DNA of 64,000 bases from Bacteroidota bacterium (GTDB lineage: Bacteria > Bacteroidota > Bacteroidia > AKYH767-A > 2013-40CM-41-45), in assembly GCA_031417395.1 (NCBI GenBank), contig JANOVM010000036.1, forward strand, positions 56,956 through 120,955, given 5' to 3'. Positions 27,734 through 39,675 of this stretch are shown piece after piece; the stretch's first letter is position 1; each line of letters opens with the position of its first letter. The position numbers and the translations under genes are program-made. Below the pieces are notes generated by a model. The model was not told where the DNA came from and did not search any database. It saw nothing but the letters and a program-made list of their open reading frames with translations.

Positions 27734-30418
27734 TTATTCCACAACAAACTTACCGATATAATTGGTACGCTCATTTTTCATAGTGATAAAATACATTCCC
27801 GGTTTTAATCCTGAAATATTTAATCTAAAGTCTGAAGTGGTAACAACAAAAGCAGGCATTACATTTTTGCCTGTTACATCGGTAACCCGGAATGTGTTTT
27901 TGCCTTTTACTTTATCCGTTAATGAAACATAAATTTCGTCGTGTGCAGGATTTGGATATAGTTTCAGTTGAAAATTATTTTCAGCAAGTTCATCGATGCC
28001 AATAAGATGTTTACAGGGAAAACTGTCTGATTCGAAGAAATGTTTAATACGCATAACCTGTTCACGATTGACAGCGAATGATGTTAATTGTCCATTTGGA
28101 AAATTTGGTTCCCGAGTATATACATAGGCATAGTCGATTGAACGTATTCCATTTGCAGGAAGATTAAATGGTCCGGAGGAAACATTAGAGCGCCTGTCGG
28201 AAGGAGTGTTTGGACTACAGCCCGTACAAGGATGATATTCAGACCAGCCTGATGTATCATAAGGGTTTCCACTGTACATGTATTGAGTATAGTCTGTTGA
28301 TGATGGATTATAACCGTTTCCTCCATAGGTCAACGGTACACTATCTTTCCAGATTCCATTCATTCGAAAATAAAATTGTTGTGCAGTATAAGGGTTCCCT
28401 ACAACAGTAAAGTCATTATTGGATGAAATGAAATAATTCAACATGCAATTTTCACCCACTTCATCGGTTACCCCATTGTGATTATTATCGAGACCATCGT
28501 TTGGAACCGGTTCCGGTCCTTTTAGTAAAGCGAGATTAATCATAGGCGGGTGTAAACCATAGCCCCTGTCATCTTCATGAGGAAGTGGATTTAAAGAATC
28601 ATCGTCATCGCCATTTAAAGCAAATGCTATATCAAGAGTTGTATCACAGCCAACAAAATCATCTAAAGAAATTCCCAGATCAACATCTGTGTAAACACCA
28701 ATATAGACATCATGATAATCCGTATCGCTTCTATTAATAAAATCATAATGATAGAAGGTTGTATAATTAATAACAGTATCGGTGCCTGACAAAGCCGGGC
28801 AGTTGTAAGCATATGCCGATCCGTGAATTTCTACGCCTAGATTATATTGTGCATTGGTTTCAGAATGATTGGATCTATTATCATTAAAAACCCACCAAAG
28901 CATCTGGTCGCCTTTCATGTCCGGATAATCGCCGTCATAAGGATTGTAAACTCCATCCAGATTATGGTCTATAAAAGGAGCCAACTTTCGCGAATAATTA
29001 CCGCTTCCATGGGCAGGCCAGTTTAAAATTATGGAAGGGATAGTATAGCTTCCATTCGCTACAGATCCATCCTGAAATTTCGAAATGAATTCATTTACCG
29101 TATAGCGTTCAATTTTCCATAATCGGTCATACTGTTGAAATGCACCCGGATTAATGGTAGCATCCGTTGTATCCAACGGTCCCGGCCAGAAGTCATTTCC
29201 GCTTTGCCTGTATGTTTGAGCAGCAAGGTGTAATTTTCCCTGCTGATCTTTTCCGCCAATCCATAATCCTTCGGCAAAAATCGATGATTTGCCAGAGCCT
29301 TTCGGGACTTCGTAAAGAGGGTTTCCTGTTAAATCATAAAACATACTTCCATTATTCCATACTCTTGCCTGAACCTGGTTAATATCCAGGTAAGGACATG
29401 TATCGGGTTGAAGAGCCGGAGAAATTCCATTTATGTTTAACTTATAAATATCGGATGAGTTTTCTGCAAAGATCAGTTCTCCTAAACTATTGTAGTCAAA
29501 CAAATCGACAGAGTCATTGGCAAGAGCTGCAGAATAGGGGCCTTGAATAGGGTAGGCATTGCTTAAAGAATTTTGAGAATTAAATTCAAGCAGGTATAAA
29601 TCATTGAGATTAGAATAATTGGAAACGGCGAATGTCTTATTTGGATCAGTAGCTCCTAAAAAATTAATTGGTTGTACAACGAGATTGTTGAACAAGCACG
29701 GATTGGATTGCATTCTTATTTTTTGAAAAACCGTATCCTTGATTTGATAATTGTATGAATAAATATTCTGGTTTTGATCGGAAGTTAATCTGTAAACAGG
29801 TGAAATATTCGGTGAAGTACCTTTCCATCCCGTGGAGGTTAGGACATTAATTCCTTTGCTGTCTGAAATGTATACACCAAAGGTGTTTTCAGCAAAACAT
29901 AAAACTGTATCCGATTGCAAGGGCGAATTGGCTGTATTAAAAATTACAAAAGAAGAACCATTAATCGAAACAGCACCTCTGTCTGTTGCCACCCAAAGTG
30001 TAGTATCGCTCACAAATAAATTTAAAATGTTATTCGAAGGAAGGGGAGTGTTTAGTGTATTATAGGTAGTCAGATTTAATCCGTCCGTTTTAAACAGACT
30101 ATTATTAGTTCCTATCCATTTTATATTACCCTGAAAAGCAATAGAGCTTACATTATTGGATGGAAGTCCGTTGGTGTCATTATAATATTTCCACGATGTT
30201 CCATCGTATTCCGTTACTCCGTAATTTTTATACCCCGTCCAAATATGATCATCCGGCGAAACACGAATTACCCTCTTTGTATTATTTGGATTAGGCATCA
30301 ATCCGGGAGGATACGGAAGCGTAGTTATTTGAGCAAACAAATTAGTGCTTACAAGAAAGAGAAGGGAAAGTAGCGTTGTTTTCATACGTTGAATTTTAAT
30401 AAAGATAAGAGTTTCCAA
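27734..30418 (-). CDS. large T9SS-sorted secreted protein with N-terminal two-component-regulator-propeller-like repeats, 894 aa
   Basis: Signal peptide. Repeated ...W.GT..GL..YDG motifs. C-terminal LKLYPNPAHDEIYVSL...GKFVVE CTD. Confidence 0.5.
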   Translation of the reverse strand: METLIFIKIQRMKTTLLSLLFLVSTNLFAQITTLPYPPGLMPNPNNTKRVIRVSPDDHIWTGYKNYGVTEYDGTSWKYYNDTNGLPSNNVSSIAFQGNIKWIGTNNSLFKTDGLNLTTYNTLNTPLPSNNILNLFVSDTTLWVATDRGAVSINGSSFVIFNTANSPLQSDTVLCFAENTFGVYISDSKGINVLTSTGWKGTSPNISPVYRLTSDQNQNIYSYNYQIKDTVFQKIRMQSNPCLFNNLVVQPINFLGATDPNKTFAVSNYSNLNDLYLLEFNSQNSLSNAYPIQGPYSAALANDSVDLFDYNSLGELIFAENSSDIYKLNINGISPALQPDTCPYLDINQVQARVWNNGSMFYDLTGNPLYEVPKGSGKSSIFAEGLWIGGKDQQGKLHLAAQTYRQSGNDFWPGPLDTTDATINPGAFQQYDRLWKIERYTVNEFISKFQDGSVANGSYTIPSIILNWPAHGSGNYSRKLAPFIDHNLDGVYNPYDGDYPDMKGDQMLWWVFNDNRSNHSETNAQYNLGVEIHGSAYAYNCPALSGTDTVINYTTFYHYDFINRSDTDYHDVYIGVYTDVDLGISLDDFVGCDTTLDIAFALNGDDDDSLNPLPHEDDRGYGLHPPMINLALLKGPEPVPNDGLDNNHNGVTDEVGENCMLNYFISSNNDFTVVGNPYTAQQFYFRMNGIWKDSVPLTYGGNGYNPSSTDYTQYMYSGNPYDTSGWSEYHPCTGCSPNTPSDRRSNVSSGPFNLPANGIRSIDYAYVYTREPNFPNGQLTSFAVNREQVMRIKHFFESDSFPCKHLIGIDELAENNFQLKLYPNPAHDEIYVSLTDKVKGKNTFRVTDVTGKNVMPAFVVTTSDFRLNISGLKPGMYFITMKNERTNYIGKFVVE

Positions 30419-30625
30419 TTAATAAGCGGGAAAGTCTATAAATAAATTGAAATTCACTATGAAATTTGTTTTAAAAGGTCACGTATTTGTAAACTCATCA
30501 TCACCTTTGAATGTAAAATGAATTTTCGAAAAAAATTATTTTCAAATATTTTTTGATAAATTGGAATTTATAAAATCATAAATTCGTTATAATTAATGTA
30601 GTTTTGGATTATTTCGGTTCATAAA

Positions 30626-31100
30626 ACCTTATTACCTTAGTAAAAAGACATAATATCACCATAGATTACCTTATTACCTTATTTCCCATTTTATTCCTCT
30701 GTGATAATGCTTGATTAAGTCATCATTCTCTTCTTTAATTGTTTTTTTTTCTTGTTGTGTTCGGATTGATTAAAGTAAAATGAGTGCAATGGTCGTCGTA
30801 TTCAATTTTAATAATTGGATACTTTTAATTTGGCAATAAGGTAATAAGGTAAGTTTATTGGGATCTGATTTTTGTTGCTAAGGTAATAAGGTTTACAATC
30901 GCCATGAATTTAAGACTCAGTTCGTCGTAAATAATAAACTTTTTAAAATAAGGTTGTCGTATTCAATTTTTAAAATAGGATACTTTTAATTTGGCAATAA
31001 GGTAATAAGGTAAGTTTATTGGGATCTGATTTTTGTTACTAAGGTAATAAGGTTTACAATCGCCATGAATGTAAGACTCGGTTCGTCGTAAATAATAAAC
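30626..31100. repeat. Paired-box repeat cluster, locus 2: one forward box pair (30627/30668) plus two direct ~150 bp copies (30790-30950, 30960-31100) each carrying an inverse box pair
   Basis: CCTTATTACCTT at 30627 and 30668. AAGGTAATAAGG at 30838/30880 and 31007/31049, spacing 41-42 bp. Same TAGTAAnAA / TTGTTnCTAAGG flanks as locus 1. Confidence 0.6.
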
Positions 31101-31234
31101 TTTTTTATATAAAAAAATATAGTTAAAATTAATATTTCAAATAAATAATAGTTACATATATTAACTATTATTTATACTTGATAAAATTCACAAAAACCTA
31201 CCGTTAAGAGTATAGCAATTGGATAGTTTATTAA

Positions 31235-31999
31235 CTAATTACCCTTCTCCGTCAACCCCGCCACCAAATACTCCCTGTTCAATCGTGCAATATGTGAAAT
31301 CGAAATCTCTTTCGGACATTCAGCCTCACAAGCTCCCGTATTTGTGCAGGCTCCAAAGCCGGCTTCATCATGGGCTTTTACCATTTTAAGAACACGGGTA
31401 TGTCGTTCAGGAGCTCCCTGTGGAAGTAAAGAGAATTGAGAAACTTTTGCTGATAAAAAAAGCATTGCAGAGGCATTTTTACAGGCAGCAACACAAGCAC
31501 CGCAACCTATACAGGCAGCAGCATCGAAAGCTTCGTCAGCTTTTGCTTTTTCAATGGGAATACTATTTGCATCAACTGCATTACCGGTATTAACAGAAAT
31601 ATAACCACCTGCCTGAATGATCTTGTCAAAAGCACTGCGGTTTACTACTAGGTCTTTAATTACAGGAAAAGCTGCAGCTCTCCAGGGTTCAATGGTTACT
31701 GTTTCTCCATTGGCGAAATGACGCATATGAAGCTGACACGTTGTTGTACCTTTAAGCATGCCGTGTGCGCGACCGTTAATATACATACTGCACATGCCGC
31801 AAATTCCTTCTCTGCAATCGTGATCAAAAGCCACAGGCTCTTTTCCTTCGCGTATTAATTTTTCATTCAATACATCAAGCATTTCCAGAAAAGACATGTG
31901 CGTACTCACGCCTTGCATGTCATAAAATTCAAAACGTCCGGCAGTAGAAGCATTCTTCTGGCGCCAGATTTTGAGTTTGAGGTTGATTGTTTCGGACAT
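31235..31999 (-). CDS. sdhB: succinate dehydrogenase / fumarate reductase iron-sulfur subunit
   Basis: [11 protein letters not shown] and [11 protein letters not shown] Fe-S cluster motifs. Follows sdhA. Confidence 0.9.
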   Translation of the reverse strand: MSETINLKLKIWRQKNASTAGRFEFYDMQGVSTHMSFLEMLDVLNEKLIREGKEPVAFDHDCREGICGMCSMYINGRAHGMLKGTTTCQLHMRHFANGETVTIEPWRAAAFPVIKDLVVNRSAFDKIIQAGGYISVNTGNAVDANSIPIEKAKADEAFDAAACIGCGACVAACKNASAMLFLSAKVSQFSLLPQGAPERHTRVLKMVKAHDEAGFGACTNTGACEAECPKEISISHIARLNREYLVAGLTEKGN

Positions 32000-32016
32000 T
32001 TTTTTTAATTCTCAAA

Positions 32017-33936
32017 TTATTTATACGATCGCTGCGTCGGATGCACAACATCAAACTGCAGTGGTTCTTTATTTAATTGTGCCGGCTGATCTTCGCCGTT
32101 AAATTCCCACGCTGCAACGAAGCTGAAGTTATCGTCGTCGCGTTTGGCTTCGCCGTCTTCTGTTTGTGATTCTTCACGGAAATGTCCGCCGCACGATTCA
32201 CGACGCATAAGTGCATCGGTAATCATTAGCTCACCCAGTTCAATGAAATCTGCAACGCGACCGGCTTTATCTAATTCGGGATTAAATTCATTTGTATCAC
32301 CCGGAATCTTAACATCACTCCAGAATTCTTTTTTAAGATCCTTTACCATCTGAAGCGCTTTTGTAAGGCCGGCTTCATTTCTTGCCATGCCGCAATAATC
32401 CCAAATAATTCTTCCGAGTTTTTTATGCAGCTCTTCAACAGATTGTTTACCGTTGATGGTTTTTAATTTATTGATTCTGTCGGTTGCATTTTTTTCTGCT
32501 TCTTCGAATGCAGGATGTGTGGTCGGAATAGCAGGTACACGTATTTCATCTGCTAAATAATCCCCTATAGTATACGGTATAACGAAATATCCATCTGCAA
32601 GTCCTTGCATAAGCGCTGAAGCACCCAGACGGTTGGCGCCATGATCGCTGAAGTTACATTCTCCTAAAGCATACAATCCGGGAATCGTAGTCATCAGGTT
32701 GTAATCTACCCACAACCCACCCATGGTATAATGTACTGCAGGATAAATACGCATTGGCGTTTTGTAAGGATCATCGCCTGTAATTTTAGCATACATTTCA
32801 AAAAGGTTTCCGTAACGCTCGCTTATTACATGTCGGCCGAGACGGTTTATACTATCGCGAAAGTCGAGATAAACAGCAAGTCCGGAAGGACCAACTCCAC
32901 GACCTTCATCACACGCTTGCTTAGCAGCGCGGGAAGCAACATCGCGCGGAACAAGGTTTCCAAAAGCAGGATATCTTCTTTCTAAATAATAATCGCGTTC
33001 TTCATCGGGAATATCTTCGGGTTTTCTTTTATCACCGATTTCTTTAGGAACCCATACTCTTCCATCGTTACGTAAACTTTCACTCATGAGCGTAAGCTTC
33101 GATTGATAATCTCCTGAAACAGGAATACAAGTAGGGTGTATTTGTGTGAAGCAGGGATTACCGAAAAAAGCGCCTTGCTTATATGCTTTCCAGATTGCAG
33201 TTGTATTAGAACCCATGGCATTGGTGGAAAGGTAAAACACATTTCCGTAACCGCCGGTTGCAAGAATAACTGCATGACCAAAATGGCGCTCCATCTTTCC
33301 TGTAACAAGATCACGTACAATAAGGCCGCGTGCTTTGCCATCGATTTTTACGAGGTCAACCATTTCATGACGGTTGTACATTTTTAAATTTCCTTTAGCA
33401 ACTTGGCGTGATAAAGCACTGTAAGCTCCAAGTAGCAATTGTTGTCCGGTTTGTCCGCGTGCGTAAAATGTTCGTGATACCTGCACACCGCCGAATGAAC
33501 GGTTGTCCAGAAGTCCACCGTATTCGCGTGCAAAAGTAACCCCTTGTGCTACACACTGATCAATGATCGATGTACTTATTTCAGCAAGTCGGTAAACATT
33601 GGCTTCACGTGAACGATAATCGCCGCCTTTAACGGTATCGTAAAAAAGTCTGTAAACACTATCGCCATCGTTTGAATAATTCTTTGCTGCATTGATTCCT
33701 CCCTGAGCTGCAATACTGTGCGCTCTGCGTGGACTATCCTGAAAACAAAAGCATTTTACGGAATAGCCAAGTTCTGCAAGACTTGCTGCTGCAGATCCTC
33801 CGGCAAGACCTGAACCTACAACAAGGATTTCAATTTTCCTTTTGTTTGCAGGGTTAACCAGTTTAACAGTCGATTTATACTTACTCCACTTCGTTTCAAG
33901 ATCGCCTTCGGGAATATTGGAATTCAATTTATTCAT
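32017..33936 (-). CDS. sdhA: succinate dehydrogenase / fumarate reductase flavoprotein subunit
   Basis: N-terminal [23 protein letters not shown]-binding fold. 639 aa. Confidence 0.9.
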   Translation of the reverse strand: MNKLNSNIPEGDLETKWSKYKSTVKLVNPANKRKIEILVVGSGLAGGSAAASLAELGYSVKCFCFQDSPRRAHSIAAQGGINAAKNYSNDGDSVYRLFYDTVKGGDYRSREANVYRLAEISTSIIDQCVAQGVTFAREYGGLLDNRSFGGVQVSRTFYARGQTGQQLLLGAYSALSRQVAKGNLKMYNRHEMVDLVKIDGKARGLIVRDLVTGKMERHFGHAVILATGGYGNVFYLSTNAMGSNTTAIWKAYKQGAFFGNPCFTQIHPTCIPVSGDYQSKLTLMSESLRNDGRVWVPKEIGDKRKPEDIPDEERDYYLERRYPAFGNLVPRDVASRAAKQACDEGRGVGPSGLAVYLDFRDSINRLGRHVISERYGNLFEMYAKITGDDPYKTPMRIYPAVHYTMGGLWVDYNLMTTIPGLYALGECNFSDHGANRLGASALMQGLADGYFVIPYTIGDYLADEIRVPAIPTTHPAFEEAEKNATDRINKLKTINGKQSVEELHKKLGRIIWDYCGMARNEAGLTKALQMVKDLKKEFWSDVKIPGDTNEFNPELDKAGRVADFIELGELMITDALMRRESCGGHFREESQTEDGEAKRDDDNFSFVAAWEFNGEDQPAQLNKEPLQFDVVHPTQRSYK

Positions 33937-33969
33937 AGGATTTATTTATCGATGGAAAGATCTTATATA

Positions 33970-34653
33970 TTAATGTTGAAGGATGTTGGTTGCAACACCA
34001 AAAAAATCAAAGTAAAACATGATAGGAAATGAAGCAAAGCCAACCATGAAAATTAGTGAAAGAACTGTTCCCATAGCTTTGATCGAACTTCTGTACTTCA
34101 TATTGTTTACTCCAAGTGTCTGTAGAGCCGATTGAAAGCCGTGATTGAGGTGGGCACCCAGTAATACCATTGATACTAAATAAAATGCAGCATACCAATT
34201 TGATTGAAACGCTGTAGCGACATCCTGTGCCATCGTTGTCTCCGGTGCACCAAACCTGTGCGGGAAAAAGAACGTACGCAGGTGAATAACAAGAAAGACT
34301 AGAATAATAGTGCCTGTGAGGCCCATATTCCTGGAAAACCAGCTGCTGTTTTGTCCTTGGTGGCTCATTGAATAATTTATGGGTCTTGCTTTTCTATTAC
34401 TTAGAGTAAGGAAAAGAGCATCAATAATATGAATGATAATGCCTGCAAAAAGTACATATTCAATGGTTCGGATAATTAAATTATTTACAAGAAAATCTCC
34501 GTAACTGATAAAGGATTCTCCACCATCCATTTTATACAGCAAAAGATTTCCGTATAAATGCTCGAGAAGAAAAACGACTAGAAAAAGGCCTGTTAAAGCC
34601 ATCACCAATTTACGCCCAACAGTGGTGTAAAACATTTTGAAAGCAGCAATCAT
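33970..34653 (-). CDS. sdhC: succinate dehydrogenase cytochrome b subunit (b558-type, Bacteroidota fumarate reductase FrdC-like)
   Basis: 227 aa polytopic membrane protein with conserved His in helices. First gene of the sdhCAB operon. Confidence 0.7.
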   Translation of the reverse strand: MIAAFKMFYTTVGRKLVMALTGLFLVVFLLEHLYGNLLLYKMDGGESFISYGDFLVNNLIIRTIEYVLFAGIIIHIIDALFLTLSNRKARPINYSMSHQGQNSSWFSRNMGLTGTIILVFLVIHLRTFFFPHRFGAPETTMAQDVATAFQSNWYAAFYLVSMVLLGAHLNHGFQSALQTLGVNNMKYRSSIKAMGTVLSLIFMVGFASFPIMFYFDFFGVATNILQH

Positions 34654-34688
34654 ATTTGATAGGAATTACGGCACAAATGTAGCGGGTA

Positions 34689-34727
34689 AAGTAGTAAGTA
34701 CAAAGTACAAAGTATTAAGTACAAGGA
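34689..34727 (-). promoter_or_regulatory. degenerate heptamer array (TTGTACT/AAGTACT-like) upstream of sdhC
   Basis: AGTAGTAAGTACAAAGTACAAAGTATTAAGTACAAGG on the + strand, 35-75 nt upstream of the sdhC start (minus sense). Confidence 0.4.
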
Positions 34728-35024
34728 TTATTATTCAAGCAGATTAAAAGTATTTCAGGGCTATAATAAAAGGCGTTTTTTCCCAACTATTTTACAATGA
34801 ATAAGATATGAAACACACTATTCATTTCAGCCCCGACTTTATTCGATTTATTACCTAAAGATGTAATTAACCTCTGATAAATTAACAGCTATACTACTAA
34901 TGCCCGGGGTATTGCCACAGCACTTTTTTAAAATAATATTAAGAATAGAGAAAAAAAGTGTTGTGGCAACACTAGTGTTTTGTGTAGGCCTATAGCAGAT
35001 TCAAGGGACCAAATTACCTCAATT

Positions 35025-35249
35025 TTATTTCTCATACCGTTGCCAGAATTCTTTACTGGTCAAAGTATTTCCCTTTTTATGATTGCGTATTCCTCGTTCA
35101 ATCGATTTTTTTTGTTTTGAAGAAAGTTCAGAATACCAATCGCCTGATTCAACAGAATCTTTTATGGAAGCAATTGACTTTAATAGCTTCTTATCCTTTA
35201 ATTGGGTCAGCCAGGAAATTAACTCGTGTTTTAGCTGTTGAGATGTCAT
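35025..35249 (-). CDS. putative addiction-module component (antitoxin-like, TIGR02574-type helical protein), orphan
   Basis: 74 aa. QQLKHELISWLTQL and ...SKQKKSIERGIRNHKKG...SKEFWQRY fit the family pattern. No adjacent toxin-sized ORF. Confidence 0.4.
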   Translation of the reverse strand: MTSQQLKHELISWLTQLKDKKLLKSIASIKDSVESGDWYSELSSKQKKSIERGIRNHKKGNTLTSKEFWQRYEK

Positions 35250-35618
35250 AGTCCAAAGATAATAAATTTGAAATTAATTATGAAAGAATCTTCGGAGCGA
35301 AAGGCAAACGTATAACGATTAGGTTTTGGGATTTCATTTTCAGGCCAGGAAAGATTGTACAATACAAATCCGTTGGGCGCGTGAGAATTGATACTCTGCC
35401 CTTGGGCTCCTTATAGTAAAGAGACCAGCATATTTTATTGACTGCAAACAAGCAGTAACTATGAAGAAAAAGGCTTGCGCCTTATGTTCGTATGGTTTTC
35501 CCTCTCACCCTGCCATACATATCATCATTGTAAGCAATAACAATGATGTTTTTTTAAATAGTCAAAGGTTGTTTTTCCTATACAGCACGACAACAGCATA
35601 TATGTCGGTTCTTTTATT

Positions 35619-35655
35619 AAAAAAAAACCCCCTTGTAATTAAAAACAAGAGGGCT
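35619..35655 (-). terminator. rho-independent terminator downstream of nrdA
   Basis: Minus sense: GCCCTCTTGT-loop-ACAAGGGGG followed by T9. Confidence 0.55.
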
Positions 35656-35675
35656 ATTATTATCAAAAACAAATA

Positions 35676-38066
35676 TCAACTTCCACATGCTTCACAAGAC
35701 TCAGGATCGTCGAGTGAGCAGGCCATTTGTGCAAAGGCTTCTTCTTTGCTGATAGCAGTTAATGTTGCATTACTGATAGCGGCAGATTCCTGTGCTTGTT
35801 TGAGGTAGCTTTGATCGATTGTGAACTTAACTGCGTCGGCAGCTGATTTCGTACGCAGATAATACATGCCGGTTTTTAGTCCTTTCTTCCAGGCGTAGAA
35901 ATGCATGGAAGTAAGTTTTGCAAAGTTGGCATCCTGAATAAACAGATTCAACGACTGGCTTTGGCAGATGTAAGCGCCGCGGTCGGCCGCCATATCAATG
36001 ATGGTACGCTGTTTTATTTCCCAAACCGTCTTGTAAATTTCTTTCAGATCCTGAGGAATTTCTTCAATGTTTTGTACGGAACCGTTGGCAGCGATAATTT
36101 TATTCTTCATCGACTCGCTCCATAAATCAAGTTTCACCAGGTCTTTTAAAAGGTGTTTGTTGACGATAGGAAACTCTCCGCTTAATACGCGGCGCGAATA
36201 AATATTGGAAGTATAGGGTTCAAAACATTCGTTATTGCCCAGAATCTGTGAAGTACTTGCTGTTGGCATTGGAGCAAGAAGCAGGGAATTTCTAACACCA
36301 TATTTTTTAACTTCTTCTTTCAATACATCCCATTCCCAGCGGTTTCCCGGTTTAACATTCCACATATCGTATTGGAATATTCCTTGCGATACAGGGGAAC
36401 CATTGTAGGTTTCATAAGCTCCATTAACTTTTGCAAGATCTTTAGAGGCAGTCATTGCAGCATAGTAAATCGTTTCGTGTATTTCACGATTGAGTTCACG
36501 TGCTTCATCACTTTCAAAAGGCATGCGAAGTAGGATGAAAGCATCGGCTAAACCCTGCACGCCAATACCAATTGGGCGGTGGCGCATATTGCTGCGACGT
36601 GCTTCTTCAACAGGGTAGTAATTGACGTCTATAACTTTGTTCAGGTTTTTCGTAACCACATAGGTGATTTCGAACAAACGCTGATGATCAAATTTTCCAT
36701 TGATTACAAAACGCGGCAGAGCAATGGAAGCCAGGTTACAAACAGCGATTTCATCGGCTGCTGTATATTCCATGATTTCTGTGCAGAGGTTTGAACTTTT
36801 TATGGTCCCTAAATTTTTCTGATTGCTTTTTTCATTGCATGCATCTTTGTAAAGCATGTATGGAGTACCTGTTTCAATCTGAGATTCCATAATGGCAAAC
36901 CACAGCTCTTGTGCTTTAACTGTTTTGCGCTGGCGCCCTTCGCTTTCGTATTTCAGGTATAGATCGCGGAACTTATCACCGTATGTATCACATAATCCCG
37001 GTGCTTCATTTGGACAGAAAAGGCTCCATTCGCCGTCTGCTTCCACGCGTTCCATAAAAAGATCCGGTATCCAAAGTGCATAGAATAAATCACGTGCACG
37101 ATTTTCTTCTTTACCATGATTTTTCTTTAGTTCAAGAAAATCAAAGATATCGGCATGCCACGGTTCGAGATAGACAGCAAAAGAACCTTTTCTTTTTCCT
37201 CCGCCCTGATCTACATAACGTGCAGTATCGTTGAATACACGAAGCATAGGAACGATGCCGTTTGATGTTCCATTAGTTCCACGAATATAAGAACCTGTAG
37301 CGCGAATGTTATGAATGCTAAGACCGATGCCACCGGCAGATTGAGAAATCTTTGCACAGTTTTTCAATGTATCATAGATGCCATCAATACTGTCGTCCTT
37401 CATTTGTAAAAGGAAGCAGGAACTAAGTTGCGGTTTCGGACTGCCTGCATTGAAAAGGGTAGGAGTGGCATGTGTAAACCAACGTTCGCTCATGAGATTG
37501 TAGGTCTCAATAGCAGCTTCTATATCTTCTTTATGAATGCCAATAGCTACACGCATAATCATATGCTGCGGGCGTTCGGCAATCTGGCCGTTGATTTTCA
37601 ACAGGTATGATTTCTCAAGTGTTTTAAATCCAAAATAATCGTAGCCAAAATCTCTGTCATAAATAATTGTCGAATCGAGAACATCACGGTTTTTCCAGAT
37701 GATTTCGAAAACATCGTCGGATAAAAGCGGGGCTTTCTTTCCAGTATGATCATCGATATATTCATACATATCTTTCATAACAGCACTAAAAGACTTCTTA
37801 GTGTTTTTATGCAGGTTGCTCACAGCAATACGAGCAGCAAGCAATGCAAAATCCGGATGACGAGTCGTCATAGAAGCAGCGATTTCTGCAGCCAGGTTGT
37901 CGAGTTGTGAAGTGGTTACACCATCGAAAATCCCTTCTATAACTTTCTGAGCAACAGCGAAAGTGTCGACATGCTCTGAAAGTCCATAAGCAAGTTTTTG
38001 AATACGTGCTGTTACTTTGTCAAATTTAACAGCTTCTTTTCTCCCATCTCTTTTTAGTACAAACAT
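35676..38066 (-). CDS. nrdA: ribonucleoside-diphosphate reductase alpha subunit (class Ia)
   Basis: 796 aa. ATP-cone N-terminus, catalytic NxCxE region, C-terminal ...CEACGS redox tail. Confidence 0.9.
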   Translation of the reverse strand: MFVLKRDGRKEAVKFDKVTARIQKLAYGLSEHVDTFAVAQKVIEGIFDGVTTSQLDNLAAEIAASMTTRHPDFALLAARIAVSNLHKNTKKSFSAVMKDMYEYIDDHTGKKAPLLSDDVFEIIWKNRDVLDSTIIYDRDFGYDYFGFKTLEKSYLLKINGQIAERPQHMIMRVAIGIHKEDIEAAIETYNLMSERWFTHATPTLFNAGSPKPQLSSCFLLQMKDDSIDGIYDTLKNCAKISQSAGGIGLSIHNIRATGSYIRGTNGTSNGIVPMLRVFNDTARYVDQGGGKRKGSFAVYLEPWHADIFDFLELKKNHGKEENRARDLFYALWIPDLFMERVEADGEWSLFCPNEAPGLCDTYGDKFRDLYLKYESEGRQRKTVKAQELWFAIMESQIETGTPYMLYKDACNEKSNQKNLGTIKSSNLCTEIMEYTAADEIAVCNLASIALPRFVINGKFDHQRLFEITYVVTKNLNKVIDVNYYPVEEARRSNMRHRPIGIGVQGLADAFILLRMPFESDEARELNREIHETIYYAAMTASKDLAKVNGAYETYNGSPVSQGIFQYDMWNVKPGNRWEWDVLKEEVKKYGVRNSLLLAPMPTASTSQILGNNECFEPYTSNIYSRRVLSGEFPIVNKHLLKDLVKLDLWSESMKNKIIAANGSVQNIEEIPQDLKEIYKTVWEIKQRTIIDMAADRGAYICQSQSLNLFIQDANFAKLTSMHFYAWKKGLKTGMYYLRTKSAADAVKFTIDQSYLKQAQESAAISNATLTAISKEEAFAQMACSLDDPESCEACGS

Positions 38067-38179
38067 TGAAAAACGGTTTTTGTGGTGGTGAACTTATTAT
38101 TCAATTATAAAATAATTGAAATTTTATTTTTACTCTATGTGGTTCTATGTCTAACGAAAATGCTTAGACACAGGAAGAA

Positions 38180-39145
38180 TTAAAAGTCTTCGTCGAGTTT
38201 GAAAACATTTTCCGATTGCTGCTGTCCGACAGAAGCTTTTTTGTATTCGCTTACTCTCTTTTCAAAGAAGTTGGTTTTTCCCTGGAGAGAAATCATCTCC
38301 ATAAAGTCAAACGGATTTGTACTATTATAAATTTTACCGCAGCCTAATGAAACTAATAAGCGATCGGCAACAAATTCTATATACTGGCACATCATTTTTG
38401 AATTCATGCCGATGAGAGAAACCGGAAGGGCATCCGTAACAAATTCATGCTCACAAGCTACAGCATCGCGAATGATAGAAACAACCTGCTCTTTAGGAAG
38501 TTTATGTTCGAGCATATCGTATAACAAGCAAGCGAAATCGCAATGCATACCTTCATCACGGGAGATGAATTCATTTGAGGTGCTGAGCCCCGGCATTAAT
38601 CCGCGTTTTTTAAGCCAGAAAATTGAGCAAAATGAACCGCTGAAGAAAATTCCTTCAACAGCAGCAAAAGCGATAAGTCTCTCAGCGAAAGTTCCATTGC
38701 CAATCCAACGAAGAGCCCATTCAGCTTTTTTAGTAACGCAGGGAACAGTATCAATTGCATGTAATAGATGCGTTTTTTCAGCCGGGTCTTTAATATATGT
38801 ATCAATCAACAATGAATACATCTCTGAATGGATGTTTTCCATCATTATCTGAAAGCCATAAAAACAACGTGCTTCCGGAAGCTGCACTTCACGCATGAAA
38901 TTGATAGCCAGGTTTTCGTTTACAATTCCATCACTGGCTGCAAAGAAAGCCAGTACATGTTTAATAAAGTGACGTTCACCGTCGTTGAGGCGCGTCCAGT
39001 CTTTTAAGTCTGTTTGTAAATCAACTTCCTCCGCTGTCCAGAAACTCTGTTCAGCTTTTTTATACATTTCCCAGATTTTCGGGTATTTAATAGGAAACAA
39101 TACGAAGCGGTCTTTATTTTCTTCTAAAAGAAGTTCTTTCTGCAT
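38180..39145 (-). CDS. nrdB: ribonucleoside-diphosphate reductase beta subunit
   Basis: 321 aa ferritin-like di-iron protein (E..H motifs, tyrosyl-radical region). Adjacent to nrdA. Confidence 0.9.
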   Translation of the reverse strand: MQKELLLEENKDRFVLFPIKYPKIWEMYKKAEQSFWTAEEVDLQTDLKDWTRLNDGERHFIKHVLAFFAASDGIVNENLAINFMREVQLPEARCFYGFQIMMENIHSEMYSLLIDTYIKDPAEKTHLLHAIDTVPCVTKKAEWALRWIGNGTFAERLIAFAAVEGIFFSGSFCSIFWLKKRGLMPGLSTSNEFISRDEGMHCDFACLLYDMLEHKLPKEQVVSIIRDAVACEHEFVTDALPVSLIGMNSKMMCQYIEFVADRLLVSLGCGKIYNSTNPFDFMEMISLQGKTNFFEKRVSEYKKASVGQQQSENVFKLDEDF

Positions 39146-39675
39146 ATAAAAGGTGGTTTAGTGGTATTATGTGGTGTTTAGTGTGTGTGTTACGTTCTGA
39201 TTAGGGGTGACGATTCCTCCTCTCTGCATATGGCTAAAGCCAGAGCTTTATGCCTTATGAAAAGATATTTACTCTTTTCTTTAAATTATACGTTGAATTA
39301 CCTTTTCAGAGCTTTCTGATACGGTGAACAAAAATTCTTTTTTTAAAATCGATATGCAAGACTTATTAAGAAATTTTATGGACAATTATACACCGCCAAA
39401 TGTTTAAAAATAGGTTTCAGTTTCCATAACCCTTGCTGTATAAGGCATTGCAGTGTTCTTAACACAATTTGTTTAAAACTCGTACTTGCAGAAATCAATC
39501 GGAACGACATTTAAGTCGAAAATGAGGCAGGAGAATTGAAAATGAAGTTGGTAGCAAAAGCAAAAAAAAATAAAAGGCTGGTGATAAATTTTTATTCAAA
39601 AGCGCTTCAAATAATAAAACAATTTACAGGGTAAGAATCAGTAAAAAACAGAAGAAAAAGGATTAATGAAATTCC

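Noticed and set aside
35461-35808. ORF 35461..35808(+), 115 aa
   Set aside because: It runs antisense across the nrdA 3' end and its terminator. It has poly-Ser/low-complexity content and no signal of being a real gene.
38070-38180. Possible cobalamin or other riboswitch near nrdAB
   Set aside because: nrdAB is class Ia (B12-independent). The 113 bp nrdA-nrdB spacer is AT-rich with no conserved riboswitch core motifs.
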